Source: Chrysomallon squamiferum (taxonomy: Eukaryota > Animalia > Mollusca). From it: a DNA stretch of 64,000 bases. This document shows, piece by piece, positions 63,822-64,000 of the stretch. Numbering within the stretch: position 1 is the stretch's first letter; every line of letters begins with the position of its first letter. The position numbers and the translations under genes are program-made. Location of the stretch: positions 27,466,001 to 27,530,000 of the forward strand of contig CM022673.1 of NCBI GenBank assembly GCA_012295275.1, given 5' to 3'. The notes under the pieces are model-generated. The model made no database searches. It had not been told where the DNA came from and was given only the letters and a program-made list of their open reading frames with translations.

Positions 63822-64000
63822 TTGAACGAGTTTCTACTCGAGGATTCTTCATACTTATTTCCCCAAACGTTTATCTTGAAGACTTGCACATTACAGTAAT
63901 CGTTTGCGGAGTTGATCTAATTCCGATCTTAATATTGTTTTGTTTTTTTTGTTGTGTTTGTTTCGATTGGCAAAGTCTTATTTCGCTTGTCTGAGCACGT

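Overview
AT-rich, microsatellite-dense, intron-containing animal DNA. The gene content looks molluscan, probably gastropod (inference). Exons were assembled by hand from GT-AG sites and phase matching; almost all entries in the ORF track are microsatellite or intron artefacts. Contents: (1) the 3' half of a Ral GTPase gene (+) with two homologous, phase-compatible terminal exons, each ending in CAAX (CVIL); (2) a six-exon secreted C-type lectin gene (-) with non-canonical DPN/WLD motifs; (3) two tandem five-exon genes (+) for secreted amidase-type PGRPs fused to an N-terminal bacterial-type SH3 (SH3b) domain, with patchy gene-conversion tracts; (4) a complete three-exon orphan gene (-) for a 108-aa secreted protein whose mature N-terminus is CCCCCPCCCRCRC-RHQHH; (5) hAT- and Tigger-like transposon relics, minisatellites, and a gene-poor 50-64 kb region with promoter and enhancer-like motifs and unassigned candidate exons. 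CpG is scarce across the Ral unit and common beyond about 20.4 kb.
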